From: Rahnella laticis
Lineage (GTDB): Bacteria; Pseudomonadota; Gammaproteobacteria; Enterobacterales; Enterobacteriaceae
Assembly: GCF_015644585.1 (NCBI RefSeq)
Contig: NZ_JADOBI010000015.1
Coordinates: 101,751-125,750 of the forward strand
Reading direction: 5' to 3'
Length of the DNA stretch: 24,000 nucleotides
Positions 7,777-16,904 of the stretch are shown here, piece by piece. Position 1 is the first letter of the stretch. Each line of letters opens with the position of its first letter. The notes beneath the pieces were generated by a model. The model made no database searches. It was not told the DNA's origin and worked only from the letters and a program-made list of their open reading frames with translations. Both the position numbers and the translations under genes were made by a program.

Positions 7777-7828
7777 GTTTCCTCCCGTGAGCAGAACAGG
7801 CCGCGGGTGCGCCCTGTCAGGATGGCGA

Positions 7829-9064
7829 TCAGGCGATTTCGAGTAAGCCTTTTTTGATCAGACGGTTGCGGTAGAACACGCAGGTTACGGCGATAAACAG
7901 TGAACCGCCTGCCAGACCAATCAGGTAGGCCGGAATGTTGCTGATCAGCGGCCATGCCCAGATCGCGGATTCCGGGAACCATTGCACCGCGCCGAGCGAA
8001 ACCCCCAGCAGCGCGCCGATAATGGCCCCGATCACGTACACCGGGATCACAAACCCCGGACGTTCGAGCGCAAACGGAATAGACCCTTCGGAAATCCCCA
8101 TAAAACCGAGGAAAATCGCGGTGCGGCCAATCTGGTTGAACTGGCGATCGTAAACACGCCGCCCGACCAGCCATTTGTCGATCACCGTCGACAGCCCGAG
8201 ACCGAACGAAGGAATAACGACCGCCAGACAGCGCGCGGTGATCGGCAACACTTTTTCCGTCGTAAAGCCGAGCGCCACGAATCCGGCGGCTTTGTTCACC
8301 GGACCGCCGAGATCAAACGCCGTCGCCGCTGCCAGTAAGGTTGCGTAGAAATACGTGCCCGCCGCGCCTGCGGCCTGCAAGGCTTCACGGATGAGCGTGT
8401 TCAGCCAGCCGCCAATTGGGGTTATCAGGAAAACCATCAGCAACATCGCGACAATGGCGGAAATCAGCGGGATGAAGAAGGTGGTTTTGAATGCCAGCCA
8501 GTTGTGCGGCAGTTTGATGGTGTTGTTCAGCCAGCGGACGAAATAGCCCACGACGAAGGCAATCACGATAGCACCCAGAAAGCCTGAAGCGACCGGCGCA
8601 GCGGCTGCCCATTCACCATTGATCAGAGCCGGAATAGCGACAGGTTTAATCGAGACATAACCGCCGATAAACCCGGCCGCCAGCGCGGTTTTGCCGCCGA
8701 TAGAGTTGGCGGTAAATGCCGCGAACATCGGAATAGCGAAGCCAAAAAGCGTGAAACCGAAGCTTTCCATGATGCTGGCGATTTGCAGCATCCAGACTGA
8801 ACTGCCGCTGAAGCGCCCGCTGTTGAGCGCCGCCATGATGGATTCGTCCGGCGACATTCCCAGAAAAACATAAGGAATGATTTGCGACAACGCGCCAATC
8901 AGACCGCCCATGATCAGCACCGGGATCATGTAGGAAATGCCGGTCATGATGTGTTTGCTGAATTCTTTCCAGGCATGGCTCTGGCCTTTACCCGCTGGCC
9001 CCGCAGACGGCGTGTCGGACGCCTGGCTGTGACCGGTATTAATGACTCTTTTTCTTATCGCCAC
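7829..9064 (-). CDS. PTS fructose-family EIIC component (E. coli FryC-like)
   Basis: 411-aa polytopic membrane protein. Motifs FAIPMFAAF.ANSIGGK, GGP.NKAAGFVA and FMGISEG.IPFA match fructose-subfamily IIC, and there is strong resemblance to FryC as I recall it. GTG start at 9064 has AAGGAG 6 nt upstream. Confidence 0.9.
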   Translation of the reverse strand: MAIRKRVINTGHSQASDTPSAGPAGKGQSHAWKEFSKHIMTGISYMIPVLIMGGLIGALSQIIPYVFLGMSPDESIMAALNSGRFSGSSVWMLQIASIMESFGFTLFGFAIPMFAAFTANSIGGKTALAAGFIGGYVSIKPVAIPALINGEWAAAAPVASGFLGAIVIAFVVGYFVRWLNNTIKLPHNWLAFKTTFFIPLISAIVAMLLMVFLITPIGGWLNTLIREALQAAGAAGTYFYATLLAAATAFDLGGPVNKAAGFVALGFTTEKVLPITARCLAVVIPSFGLGLSTVIDKWLVGRRVYDRQFNQIGRTAIFLGFMGISEGSIPFALERPGFVIPVYVIGAIIGALLGVSLGAVQWFPESAIWAWPLISNIPAYLIGLAGGSLFIAVTCVFYRNRLIKKGLLEIA

Positions 9065-9100
9065 GGAAAACTCCTTGCGCTTAAAAAAGCAAAAGTGGGA

Positions 9101-9421
9101 TCACTGGGCCTGATCGGCCTCAATCTCATCAATCAGGCCGCCGGCATTTTTCACTGCATCTTTCAGTTCAACTTCATACACTTCGACGCCGTTAAAACGC
9201 TCGATATTTTGCGGCGTAATGCCGGTAGCGTGGATGATGACCGTAGCCTGCGCGATATCTTCTGCCGTCAGTTCGTTCTGAATGCCGTCGGCACCCTGTG
9301 TTTCAATTTTCACGTCATAACCGCGCTGGCGGGCGGCGACTTCAATGGCTTCGGCGGCCATAAAGGTATGAGCAAGACCCATCGGGCAGGCGCACAGCGC
9401 AATCAGTTTTTTTGCAGACAT
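9101..9421 (-). CDS. PTS fructose-family EIIB component (E. coli FryB-like)
   Basis: 106 aa. The N-terminal KLIALCACPMGLAHTFMAAEA contains the phospho-cysteine loop of PTS_IIB_fruc. ATG at 9421 has GAGG upstream, and the RBS overlaps the stop of the upstream M20 gene. Confidence 0.9.
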   Translation of the reverse strand: MSAKKLIALCACPMGLAHTFMAAEAIEVAARQRGYDVKIETQGADGIQNELTAEDIAQATVIIHATGITPQNIERFNGVEVYEVELKDAVKNAGGLIDEIEADQAQ

Positions 9422-9427
9422 CGTGAA

Positions 9428-10813
9428 TTACCTCGTGTTATCGGAAGAAGCGGCGGGCAGATTTGCCAGCCGGTAAAGGGCTTCGGCGTAGATGCCGATG
9501 GCACTGATAAAACGGCTCAGGCTGCCGTATTCGTCCGCGCCGTGTGTATTGCCTGAGGAGCCGTCGGGAAATTCGCAGCCAAAAATCACCGCGTTTTGCA
9601 TTGCGCTGGCGTAACTGCCTGCGCCTGTGGTGCGCGACGGGTGGTTTGTATCGCCGGTATGACGGGTGTAAATCTCGTGCAACGTCTTCACCAGCGCGCT
9701 GTCCGGCGGATAAAGGCTGGGTGATTTGACCGGCTCAATGTTGATGTGGCTGTCAGGCCAGCTGAGGTTCCAGATCGAGAGCCGTTCAGCGATATTTTCC
9801 GGGGTCAGGTTTTCGGGATAACGGACGTTCAGCGTCAGCGACATCATCCCGTTCTTGATGTTCAGGACGACGGGAACCAGCAGGATCTGACCGCATTCTC
9901 CCGGCGTATCCAGCGCGAATTGCACGCCGCTCTGGCCGGTTTCTGGCGCGGTGATTTCGCAAAGTTGTTGTGTCCAGCGTGCGCTGAAACGCTGATGAAG
10001 CAGTTGTGCGGCACCGGCAATCGGATTCAGACAGGCTTCTGGTTTTGAGGAGTGTCCGCCGCAACCATAAAGCTGCCAGTGATTAATTTGCCCCGGCTCG
10101 GCCAGCAACGTAAAACCGTCGGGTAACGTCCAGCCGCCGGAGGAGAGCGACAATCCGTTCAGCCGGGCGACGTCCGGGATGGTGTTCAGCACGCTGCCGC
10201 AGGATACGGTCAAATCAGGCTGTTCAACCGGCGACGTCAGCCTGACCAGCAAAGAGCCTTTTTCGCCGTAAATCACCGGGAATTTTCCGTCCGGCGTGAA
10301 AGCAAAGTCAGGTTGCGGCTGCGATTCAAAATAGCGGCGAATGCAGCGGAAACCGGTCTCTTCGTTGCCGCCCGCCACCAGCCGGATGCGGCGTGAGAGA
10401 GGAAGATTCAGTTCACGCAGAATATCCAGCGCCAGCCAGGCGGCAATCATCGGGCCTTTGTCATCCACGACGCCGCGGCCAATCAGATTGTCGCCCAACC
10501 GCGAGAGCTGATACGGCGGAAAATGCCAGCCGTCACCGGCGGGAACTACGTCAGCGTGACCGAAGACATACACGATTTCCTCGCCGCTGCCGTATTCAAT
10601 ATGGACGGCGTGGTTGTCGACATTGAGCGTGTTCAGCCCGGCGTCGTCGCCGAGTTTTTGCCACCAGCTGAGCGCGTCGGCAACGCCACGGCCAAAAGGC
10701 GCATCCTGCTGCTGGCTGGCTGCGTCGAACGGCGAAGGGATCGCCACCCATTGGGCGAGTAAGGTGAGGAAATGCTGCGCCCGATCCCGGGCATGCGCTG
10801 CGAAGTCAGTCAT
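9428..10813 (-). CDS. M20 family dipeptidase (PepV/Sapep-like)
   Basis: Motifs FGHADVVPAGDGW, GRGVVDDKGP and GGNEETG are M20A metal/catalytic signatures. I prefer the ATG at 10813 (GGAGGG 9 nt upstream). The track's GTG at 10843 and the ATG at 10837 are possible alternatives. Confidence 0.88.
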   Translation of the reverse strand: MTDFAAHARDRAQHFLTLLAQWVAIPSPFDAASQQQDAPFGRGVADALSWWQKLGDDAGLNTLNVDNHAVHIEYGSGEEIVYVFGHADVVPAGDGWHFPPYQLSRLGDNLIGRGVVDDKGPMIAAWLALDILRELNLPLSRRIRLVAGGNEETGFRCIRRYFESQPQPDFAFTPDGKFPVIYGEKGSLLVRLTSPVEQPDLTVSCGSVLNTIPDVARLNGLSLSSGGWTLPDGFTLLAEPGQINHWQLYGCGGHSSKPEACLNPIAGAAQLLHQRFSARWTQQLCEITAPETGQSGVQFALDTPGECGQILLVPVVLNIKNGMMSLTLNVRYPENLTPENIAERLSIWNLSWPDSHINIEPVKSPSLYPPDSALVKTLHEIYTRHTGDTNHPSRTTGAGSYASAMQNAVIFGCEFPDGSSGNTHGADEYGSLSRFISAIGIYAEALYRLANLPAASSDNTR

Positions 10814-10926
10814 TGACGTTAACCCTCCGAAAAACATGGTCACAGCATTGGGTCTGGCGGAAAAACCGTCAAAAGGCAGGGTTCAGAATTGATAAATAAA
10901 ACGGGTAAAATTTTTCGCCGGTTTTT

Positions 10927-11949
10927 TTAAGCAGAAGCGAGAAACGCCGGAGATACCTTCAGACGCGGGTCGTCAGGCAATAATGACTCTCCGGCCAGCT
11001 GCGCATGCAGGCATTCCACTGCCCGCGTCGCCATCTCGGTATGACGTGCGGCAACCAGTGGCAAAGCCAGTTTCAGGGAATGTTCGCACTCGCCGAAACC
11101 CGTCAGTGCGATGCGCCGCGAGAACAGCCGCCACCGGGAGGTTTGCAAACCCTCGGCCAGCGCGTGATGCGCGGCCAGTAATACTGTCGGGTTGTCGCAA
11201 AGGATCGCGGAAATTTTGGGGCTTTGTTTAATGAGCTGAGTGACTGCGCGGAAGCTGTCGTCAAACGTTGCCGCGCAGGGCTGACTTAACGATGCGGAAA
11301 ACGCCAGACCGGCTTTCCCGAGCGCGAGGGAAAGGCCGCCCAGCCGCTCGGCGCGAACCAGCGAATGATTTTCCCCGCCGAGATAACCAATATTCTGATG
11401 CTGTTGTTGAAGTAACGCGTCCGCTGCCATGTGTGCGGCCAGCGCATTGTCGGGATGAATTGTCGCGAGCGGACCGGTATGGAAATGCGTGCCGACGGCG
11501 GTCAGCGCCACATGCCGCGCCGTCGCCCGCGCATGCAGGGCTTTCAGCGTATCAGGCTGTGCATTGAGTAATTTCCCGCAAACGAAAATCCCGCGCACGT
11601 CCTGCGCCAGAAGCTGCGCGGCGTGCTCCAGAAGCGTTGAGGTGTCTGCGTAGCCCGGTATAAGTGTGAAGCCGGTTTGTTGCAGCGCACGGGACAATTC
11701 GGGGAGTAAACCGGCGGCGAAAGCGCAATCCGGTGAAAGCAGAATGCCCGATCGTGTGAAAGGTGTGACTGACGGCGTGGCCGGCAAACGGTAACCGAGC
11801 TGATCGATAGCCTGATAAATGCGCTCCACCCCTTCGGGGGATATCCGTCCTTTGCCGCCGAGCACCAGCGAAACCGCCGCAACGGAAACGCCTGCCAGAC
11901 GCGCGACATCCTGCTGAGTAATTTTAGTGCGGGGTTTTTGCGCCGTCAT
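10927..11949 (-). CDS. LacI family transcriptional regulator
   Basis: N-terminal HTH ITQQDVARLAGVSVAAVSLVLGGKGRISPEGVERIYQAIDQLGYR followed by a periplasmic-binding-protein-like sugar-binding fold. ATG at 11949 is preferred over the track's TTG at 11979. The start is moderately uncertain. Confidence 0.88.
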   Translation of the reverse strand: MTAQKPRTKITQQDVARLAGVSVAAVSLVLGGKGRISPEGVERIYQAIDQLGYRLPATPSVTPFTRSGILLSPDCAFAAGLLPELSRALQQTGFTLIPGYADTSTLLEHAAQLLAQDVRGIFVCGKLLNAQPDTLKALHARATARHVALTAVGTHFHTGPLATIHPDNALAAHMAADALLQQQHQNIGYLGGENHSLVRAERLGGLSLALGKAGLAFSASLSQPCAATFDDSFRAVTQLIKQSPKISAILCDNPTVLLAAHHALAEGLQTSRWRLFSRRIALTGFGECEHSLKLALPLVAARHTEMATRAVECLHAQLAGESLLPDDPRLKVSPAFLASA

Positions 11950-12025
11950 CGTCCTGCCATTCGAATAAATTGACCGCAAAGTGTTGCAGGAGAAGGTCGG
12001 AAAAAAACGGGCTGAGATCGCAGAA

Positions 12026-12054
12026 ACAAAAAAATGGCGGGCACTAAGCCCGCC
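12026..12054 (-). terminator. Rho-independent terminator downstream of the Prx-Grx gene
   Basis: The minus strand reads GGCGGGC-ttagt-GCCCGCC (7-bp GC stem) followed by ATTTTTTTGTTT, about 85 nt after the stop at 12139. Confidence 0.8.
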
Positions 12055-12138
12055 GAAAGTTCACGTAGTCTAACTTTGCTTTTTTGTTGGTAATGCAGGG
12101 ATTATCGTCTTACTTCTTACAGCTGTTTCCGGTGAAGC

Positions 12139-12900
12139 TTATTGTGCAACTTCGCACACTTCTTGTGTTTCTGAATGCAGGTAAACGTCCAGATCGTCGC
12201 TTCCGCCGATGTGGCGCCCACCGATAAAGACTTGCGGCACGGTCGCGCGGCCGGTGACAGCGCGCAGGCTGACGGTGGTGGCGTCTTTGCCCAGTACGAT
12301 TTCTTCATACTGAATACCGCGTTCCTGCAACATCTGCTTGGCTTTGGCACAGAACGGGCAGCCCGGTTTGGTGAATACGGAAACCGATTCCTGCACTTTG
12401 TATTCTGGTGCCAGGTATTTCAGCATTGTGTCTGCATCTGACACTTCAAACGGGTCGCCCGGTTTGTTTGGCTCAACGAACATTTTCTCGACCACGCCGT
12501 TACGTACCAGCATGGAATAACGCCATGAACGCGGGCCGAAACCTAAATCCGCTTTCTCGACCAGCATGTCCATGCCTTTGGTGAATTCACCGTTGCCGTC
12601 CGGAATAAAGGTAATGTTCGATGCCTTCTGTTCTGATTTCCAGGCATTCATAACGAACGTGTCGTTAACGGAGACGCACAGAATGCTGTCGACGCCGTGT
12701 TGTCTGAATACCGGTGCCAGTTCGTTGTAACGCGGCAGATGGCTTGAAGAACAGGTCGGGGTAAATGCGCCCGGCAGTGAAAAGACAATCACTGTTTTGT
12801 TTTTGAACAATTCATCGGTGCTGAGATCTACCCACTGATCGCCCTGGCGGGTGTGAAAAGTAACGTGCGGTACGTGTTTCCCTTCCTGGCTTGCAAACAT
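12139..12900 (-). CDS. hybrid peroxiredoxin-glutaredoxin (Prx5-Grx fusion, Haemophilus PGdx-like)
   Basis: The protein is colinear with H. influenzae hybrid Prx5 as I recall it. It has the peroxidatic site [13 protein letters not shown], then a Grx domain with the CPFC active site and [13 protein letters not shown]. It ends with about 11 extra residues carrying one more Cys (QEVCEVAQ). ATG at 12900 is preceded by AAGAGG. Confidence 0.92.
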   Translation of the reverse strand: MFASQEGKHVPHVTFHTRQGDQWVDLSTDELFKNKTVIVFSLPGAFTPTCSSSHLPRYNELAPVFRQHGVDSILCVSVNDTFVMNAWKSEQKASNITFIPDGNGEFTKGMDMLVEKADLGFGPRSWRYSMLVRNGVVEKMFVEPNKPGDPFEVSDADTMLKYLAPEYKVQESVSVFTKPGCPFCAKAKQMLQERGIQYEEIVLGKDATTVSLRAVTGRATVPQVFIGGRHIGGSDDLDVYLHSETQEVCEVAQ

Positions 12901-12994
12901 GAATAACCTCTTAATTAATCGATAGAATATGAATTATTTTCGGCATTGCCGTTTCGTTGGAAGGCATTATTCACGATAATGGTTGATAGATATA

Positions 12995-13031
12995 ATCGTT
13001 GATTGCTATCTTATCTATCGTTATCGGCTAT
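12995..13031. promoter_or_regulatory. candidate OxyR binding site in the prx-grx/oxyR divergent spacer
   Basis: ATCG-n7-CTAT-n7-ATCG-n7-CTAT matches the spacing of the OxyR consensus ATAG-n7-CTAT-n7-ATAG-n7-CTAT at 14 of 16 core positions. It lies 30-66 bp upstream of the oxyR ATG, the expected place for autoregulation and divergent activation. Confidence 0.5.
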
Positions 13032-13060
13032 CGCATTGCCTTATAGGGACTGGAGGAAAA

Positions 13061-13984
13061 ATGAACATTCGTGATTTAGAGTATCTTGTGGCACTGGCAG
13101 AGTTTCGCCATTTTCGTCGTGCAGCAGACTCCTGCCATGTCAGCCAGCCGACGTTAAGCGGGCAAATCCGTAAGCTGGAAGATGAACTGGGCGTGATGCT
13201 GCTTGAAAGAACCAGTCGTAAGGTGCTGTTTACACAAGCCGGTTTACTGCTGGTAGATCAGGCGCGCACGGTGCTGCGTGAAGTGAAAGTCCTCAAAGAG
13301 ATGGCCAGCCAGCAGGGCGAAGCGATGTCCGGGCCGATGCATATCGGGCTAATTCCTACCGTCGGGCCTTATCTGTTGCCGCAAATCATTCCTTCACTGC
13401 ATAAAACATTCCCTAAACTCGAAATGTATCTGCACGAAGCACAAACCCATCAGTTACTGGCGCAGCTCGACAGCGGAAAACTCGATTGCGCAATTCTGGC
13501 GCTGGTCAAAGAAAGCGAAGCCTTTATTGAAGTGCCGCTGTTTGATGAGCCGATGAAACTGGCGATCTACGACGATCATCCGTGGGCATCCCGCGATCGC
13601 GTGGCGATGGCAGATCTGGCCGGTGAAAAGCTGCTGATGCTGGAAGACGGACATTGTCTGCGCGATCAGGCGCTCGGTTTTTGCTTCCAGGCAGGGGCGG
13701 ACGAAGATACGCATTTCCGCGCAACCAGTCTGGAAACGCTGCGGAATATGGTGGCGGCGGGAAGTGGCATTACGTTGCTGCCTTCGCTGGCCGTGCCGAA
13801 TGAACGCAGCCGCGATGGCGTCACCTATCTGACATGTGACAAACCGGAACCCCGCCGCACGATCGCGCTGGTGTATCGTCCCGGTTCGCCACTGCGTGGG
13901 CGCTATGAACAACTGGCCGAAGCCATCAAAGAGCACATGCAACCTTATATGGATAAAGCCGCGGGCTTAAAAAAGGCGGTTTAA
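13061..13984 (+). CDS. oxyR: LysR-family hydrogen peroxide-sensing regulator OxyR
   Basis: [60 protein letters not shown] is essentially the E. coli OxyR N-terminus. The redox Cys context is [16 protein letters not shown] at 13061 is preceded by GGAGGAAAAA. The product is 307 aa versus 305 aa in E. coli. The 3' end overlaps convergent sthA by 18 bp, as in E. coli. Confidence 0.97.
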   Translation: MNIRDLEYLVALAEFRHFRRAADSCHVSQPTLSGQIRKLEDELGVMLLERTSRKVLFTQAGLLLVDQARTVLREVKVLKEMASQQGEAMSGPMHIGLIPTVGPYLLPQIIPSLHKTFPKLEMYLHEAQTHQLLAQLDSGKLDCAILALVKESEAFIEVPLFDEPMKLAIYDDHPWASRDRVAMADLAGEKLLMLEDGHCLRDQALGFCFQAGADEDTHFRATSLETLRNMVAAGSGITLLPSLAVPNERSRDGVTYLTCDKPEPRRTIALVYRPGSPLRGRYEQLAEAIKEHMQPYMDKAAGLKKAV

Positions 13985-15367
13985 TCCGTTCAGTGCCGCT
14001 ACGCGATAAGCTTCTGCCATGGTCGGATAGTTGAAGGTCGTATTAACGAAATACTCGATAGTATTGCCTTCGCCTTTCTGTTCCATAATGGCCTGACCGA
14101 TATGGATAATTTCCGCCGCACGCTCTCCAAAGCAGTGAATACCCAGAATTTCTTTGGTATCACGATGGAACAGCAGTTTGAGGCTCCCCACATTCATTCC
14201 GGCGATTTGCGCGCGTGCCAGATGTTTAAACTGCGCGCGGCCCACTTCGTAAGGCACCTTCATGGACGTCAGTTCCTGCTCGGTTTTGCCGACGGAGCTG
14301 ATTTCAGGAATGGTATAAATGCCGGTCGGAATGTTTTCGATCAGATGAACTTTCGCTTCGCCCTGAATCATCGCCTGTGCGGCAATGCGGCCCTGGTCGT
14401 AAGCCGCTGAAGCCAGGCTCGGATAGCCGATGACGTCGCCGACGGCATAAATATGCGACAACGCCGTCTGATACATGCTGTTTACTTTGAGCAAACCGCG
14501 GCTGTCGGCTTCCAGACCAATATTTTCCAGACCCAGTTTGTCAGTGTTGCCGGTGCGTCCGTTGGCGTACAGCAGCGCGTCAGCCTTCACTTTCTTACCG
14601 GATTTCAGGTGCATGATCACGCCGTCTTCCACACCTTCAATCATCTCGAATTCTTCGTTGTGGCGGATGACCACACCGTTATTCCAGAAGTGATAAGACA
14701 GCGCGTCTGACATTTCCTGATCGAGGAAAGACAGCAACCGGTCACGGGTATTGATTAAGTCCACTTTTACGTTCAGACCGCGGAAGATAGACGCATATTC
14801 GCAGCCGATAACGCCCGCGCCATAAATGATGACGTGGCGGGGTTCGTGGCTCAGTTCAAGGATCAGGTCGCTGTCATAAATGCGCGGATGACCAAAATCG
14901 ACGTTGGCCGGACGGTAAGGGCGCGAACCGCAGGCAATCACGATGTTGTCGGCGGTGATTTGTTCGTGTGTGTTATCGGCGTAGCGGATGTTGATGGTAT
15001 TGGCATCGACAAAACTGGCGTCGCCGGAGAACAGCTGGCACTGGTTTCTTTCGTAGAAACCCTGGCGCATGCGGGTTTGCTGATTTATGACGGAATCGGC
15101 GTGACGCAAAATATCCGGGAAACTGGAGCTCAGGGTGCGGGAGTTATCACTGTAGAGCGGGTTTTGATTAAATTCGATGATTCTGCTGACGGCGTGACGC
15201 AGTGCTTTGGAAGGGATGGTTCCCCAGTGAGTACATCCGCCACCGACGTTGTTATAGCGTTCGATGACAGCAACCCGGGCGCCTTGTTTAACCAGTCCCA
15301 TCGCGGCGCCTTCTCCGCCAGGGCCTGAGCCAATGATGATGGCATCAAAATGTGAGTGCTGTGGCAT
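13967..15367 (-). CDS. sthA: soluble pyridine nucleotide transhydrogenase
   Basis: [38 protein letters not shown]... carries the FAD-binding GxGxxG motif and runs to ...NGLNRLF. At 466 aa it equals E. coli SthA. ATG at 15367 is preferred; the track start at 15397 is an upstream extension. Confidence 0.96.
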   Translation of the reverse strand: MPQHSHFDAIIIGSGPGGEGAAMGLVKQGARVAVIERYNNVGGGCTHWGTIPSKALRHAVSRIIEFNQNPLYSDNSRTLSSSFPDILRHADSVINQQTRMRQGFYERNQCQLFSGDASFVDANTINIRYADNTHEQITADNIVIACGSRPYRPANVDFGHPRIYDSDLILELSHEPRHVIIYGAGVIGCEYASIFRGLNVKVDLINTRDRLLSFLDQEMSDALSYHFWNNGVVIRHNEEFEMIEGVEDGVIMHLKSGKKVKADALLYANGRTGNTDKLGLENIGLEADSRGLLKVNSMYQTALSHIYAVGDVIGYPSLASAAYDQGRIAAQAMIQGEAKVHLIENIPTGIYTIPEISSVGKTEQELTSMKVPYEVGRAQFKHLARAQIAGMNVGSLKLLFHRDTKEILGIHCFGERAAEIIHIGQAIMEQKGEGNTIEYFVNTTFNYPTMAEAYRVAALNGLNRLF

Positions 15368-15570
15368 AGTTCGAAACCTATTTTTATACAAAATCACAAC
15401 GAGAAAGTAACATATTACACCTAATTACCCCACATGCAGTTGTCATTTAATGGTAATACGGCAACATTCTGACCCACTTTATGCTGTGGTATCTATGGCT
15501 CCGCCCGGTAAAAATTTTGGTATAGTGAAGCGATAACGGGCGAATAATCAAAAAGAAGAACATTATCCGG

Positions 15571-16260
15571 ATGAATGTTATGGGCGTAAGAGCACAACAA
15601 AAAGAGCGCACGCGTCGCTCACTGATTGAAGCGGCTTTTAGCCAGCTCAGTGCCGAGCGCAGCTTTGCCAGTCTGAGTTTGCGTGAAGTGTCCCGTGAAG
15701 CGGGCATTGCGCCGACGTCCTTTTACCGGCATTTCCGTGACGTGGATGAACTGGGTCTGACGATGGTTGATGAAAGCGGTTTGATGCTGCGTCAGCTGAT
15801 GCGTCAGGCGCGCCAGCGTATTGCCAAAGGCGGCAGCGTGATCCGCACGTCGGTTTCGACTTTCATGGAATTCATCGGAAATAATCCCAACGCCTTTCGT
15901 CTGCTGTTGCGCGAACGTTCCGGTACGTCTTCGGCGTTTCGTGCGGCCGTCGCCCGTGAAATTCAGCATTTTATTGCGGAACTTGCCGACTATCTGCAAC
16001 TCGAAAACCACATGCCGCGCAGTTTCACCGAAGCGCAGGCCGAAGCGATGGTGATCATTGTTTTCAACGCCGGTGCGGAAGCGCTGGATGTGGATATCGC
16101 ACAGCGCCGCCAGCTGGAAGAGCGTCTGGTGTTGCAGCTGCGCATGATTTCTAAAGGCGCGTATTACTGGTATCGCCGGCAGCAGGAAAGAACGGCGGTG
16201 ACGCCTATTCACAATAAGACCAGAGGTAAAGAAGATGACCGAACAAGCGAACCAGGATAA
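15571..16260 (+). CDS. fabR: TetR-family repressor of unsaturated fatty acid biosynthesis FabR
   Basis: [63 protein letters not shown] is nearly identical to E. coli FabR. The start is ambiguous between ATG 15571 and ATG 15580 (MGVRAQQ, the E. coli-like start). The 3' end overlaps yijD by 26 nt. Confidence 0.93.
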   Translation: MNVMGVRAQQKERTRRSLIEAAFSQLSAERSFASLSLREVSREAGIAPTSFYRHFRDVDELGLTMVDESGLMLRQLMRQARQRIAKGGSVIRTSVSTFMEFIGNNPNAFRLLLRERSGTSSAFRAAVAREIQHFIAELADYLQLENHMPRSFTEAQAEAMVIIVFNAGAEALDVDIAQRRQLEERLVLQLRMISKGAYYWYRRQQERTAVTPIHNKTRGKEDDRTSEPG

Positions 16261-16594
16261 TGGCACTCTGGTTTTGGCTTTGATTGCCGGACTGTCTATT
16301 AATGGCACTTCCGATGCATTATTCAGCTCTGTCGTTGCGTTTTCGATATTCCCGATAATCGCTCTGGTGTTGTCGGTGTATTGCCTGCATGTTCGTTATC
16401 ACAAAGGCGAAATGCCCAAAGGTTTGCCGGTGCTGGCTGCGGCCTCTTTCCTTCTCGGATTGTTACTCTACAGTACGTTTGTCCGCGTGGAATATCCTGA
16501 ATTAGGGTCAAATTCTCTGCCATTGCTGATCAGTGTTGTGCTTTTGTTCTGGATAGGTCTGAAGCTGAAAAAACGTAAATCGACGACGCAGTAA
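16235..16594 (+). CDS. yijD: inner-membrane protein YijD (DUF1422)
   Basis: 119 aa, the same length as E. coli YijD. Conserved segments include [19 protein letters not shown] and YSTFVR.EYP..GSN. The position after fabR is conserved, and GAGG lies upstream of ATG 16235. Confidence 0.9.
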   Translation: MTEQANQDNGTLVLALIAGLSINGTSDALFSSVVAFSIFPIIALVLSVYCLHVRYHKGEMPKGLPVLAAASFLLGLLLYSTFVRVEYPELGSNSLPLLISVVLLFWIGLKLKKRKSTTQ

Positions 16595-16617
16595 CTTCCT
16601 CATTCTTATGAAAAATC

Positions 16618-16641
16618 AGGCAACTTCGGGTTGCCTTTTTT
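16618..16641 (+). terminator. Rho-independent terminator of fabR-yijD
   Basis: AGGCAAC-ttcgg-GTTGCCT followed by TTTTT, 24 nt after the yijD stop. Confidence 0.85.
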
Positions 16642-16691
16642 ATGCCTTACGCCTGACCGCGACCTTTTGTAATCTTCTCCGACTGTCTTTT

Positions 16692-16710
16692 TATGAACTG
16701 TCATTTCATA
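16692..16710. promoter_or_regulatory. KdgR-box-like palindrome upstream of the transporter/hydrolase pair
   Basis: TATGAACTGTCATTTCATA was compared with the KdgR box consensus as I recall it (AATRAAAYRNYRTTTYATT). It agrees at 16 of 19 positions, counting the N. The wider inverted repeat is TTTATGAA-n7-TTCATAAA (16690-16712). It lies about 195 bp upstream of the ATG at 16905. Confidence 0.45.
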
Positions 16711-16904
16711 AATATCAAACCTATGTTCAATATTTAGATATTGATCGTCCACTTCTTTATTTCTTTGCCATAAAGTCTGTCTGAGTGGCAAAAATCAAAA
16801 GGTTTTCATCCGGGCTCCTCGCTAATTTGAATCATGGCCGGACGAAGTATTTTCGTTCGCATTCAGCCTACGCCTATAGGTGATTTAACAGAGGCAAGAC
16901 GGCA

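Noticed and set aside
10844-10926. Search for a LacI-type palindromic operator or terminator between the lacI-family gene and the M20 gene
   Set aside because: Only short or imperfect palindromes (for example TTGACGTTAA) were found, and that one sits between the RBS and the start codon. Nothing is convincing enough to annotate without a family-specific motif model.
12983-13060. TTG-initiated 26-codon extension of oxyR
   Set aside because: The conserved OxyR N-terminus begins at ATG 13061 with GGAGGA upstream. The extension would be translated through the OxyR operator and promoter region.
15619-16308. 229-aa minus-strand ORF covering fabR and the start of yijD
   Set aside because: It mirrors the FabR frame, whose product is almost identical to E. 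coli FabR. The antisense translation is Arg/His-rich with no family resemblance.
16606-16791. 61-aa minus-strand ORF in the yijD-transporter spacer
   Set aside because: It has a TTG start with no RBS, overlaps the yijD terminator, and its product is basic and low-complexity. The region is better explained as promoter/operator DNA for the GPH gene.
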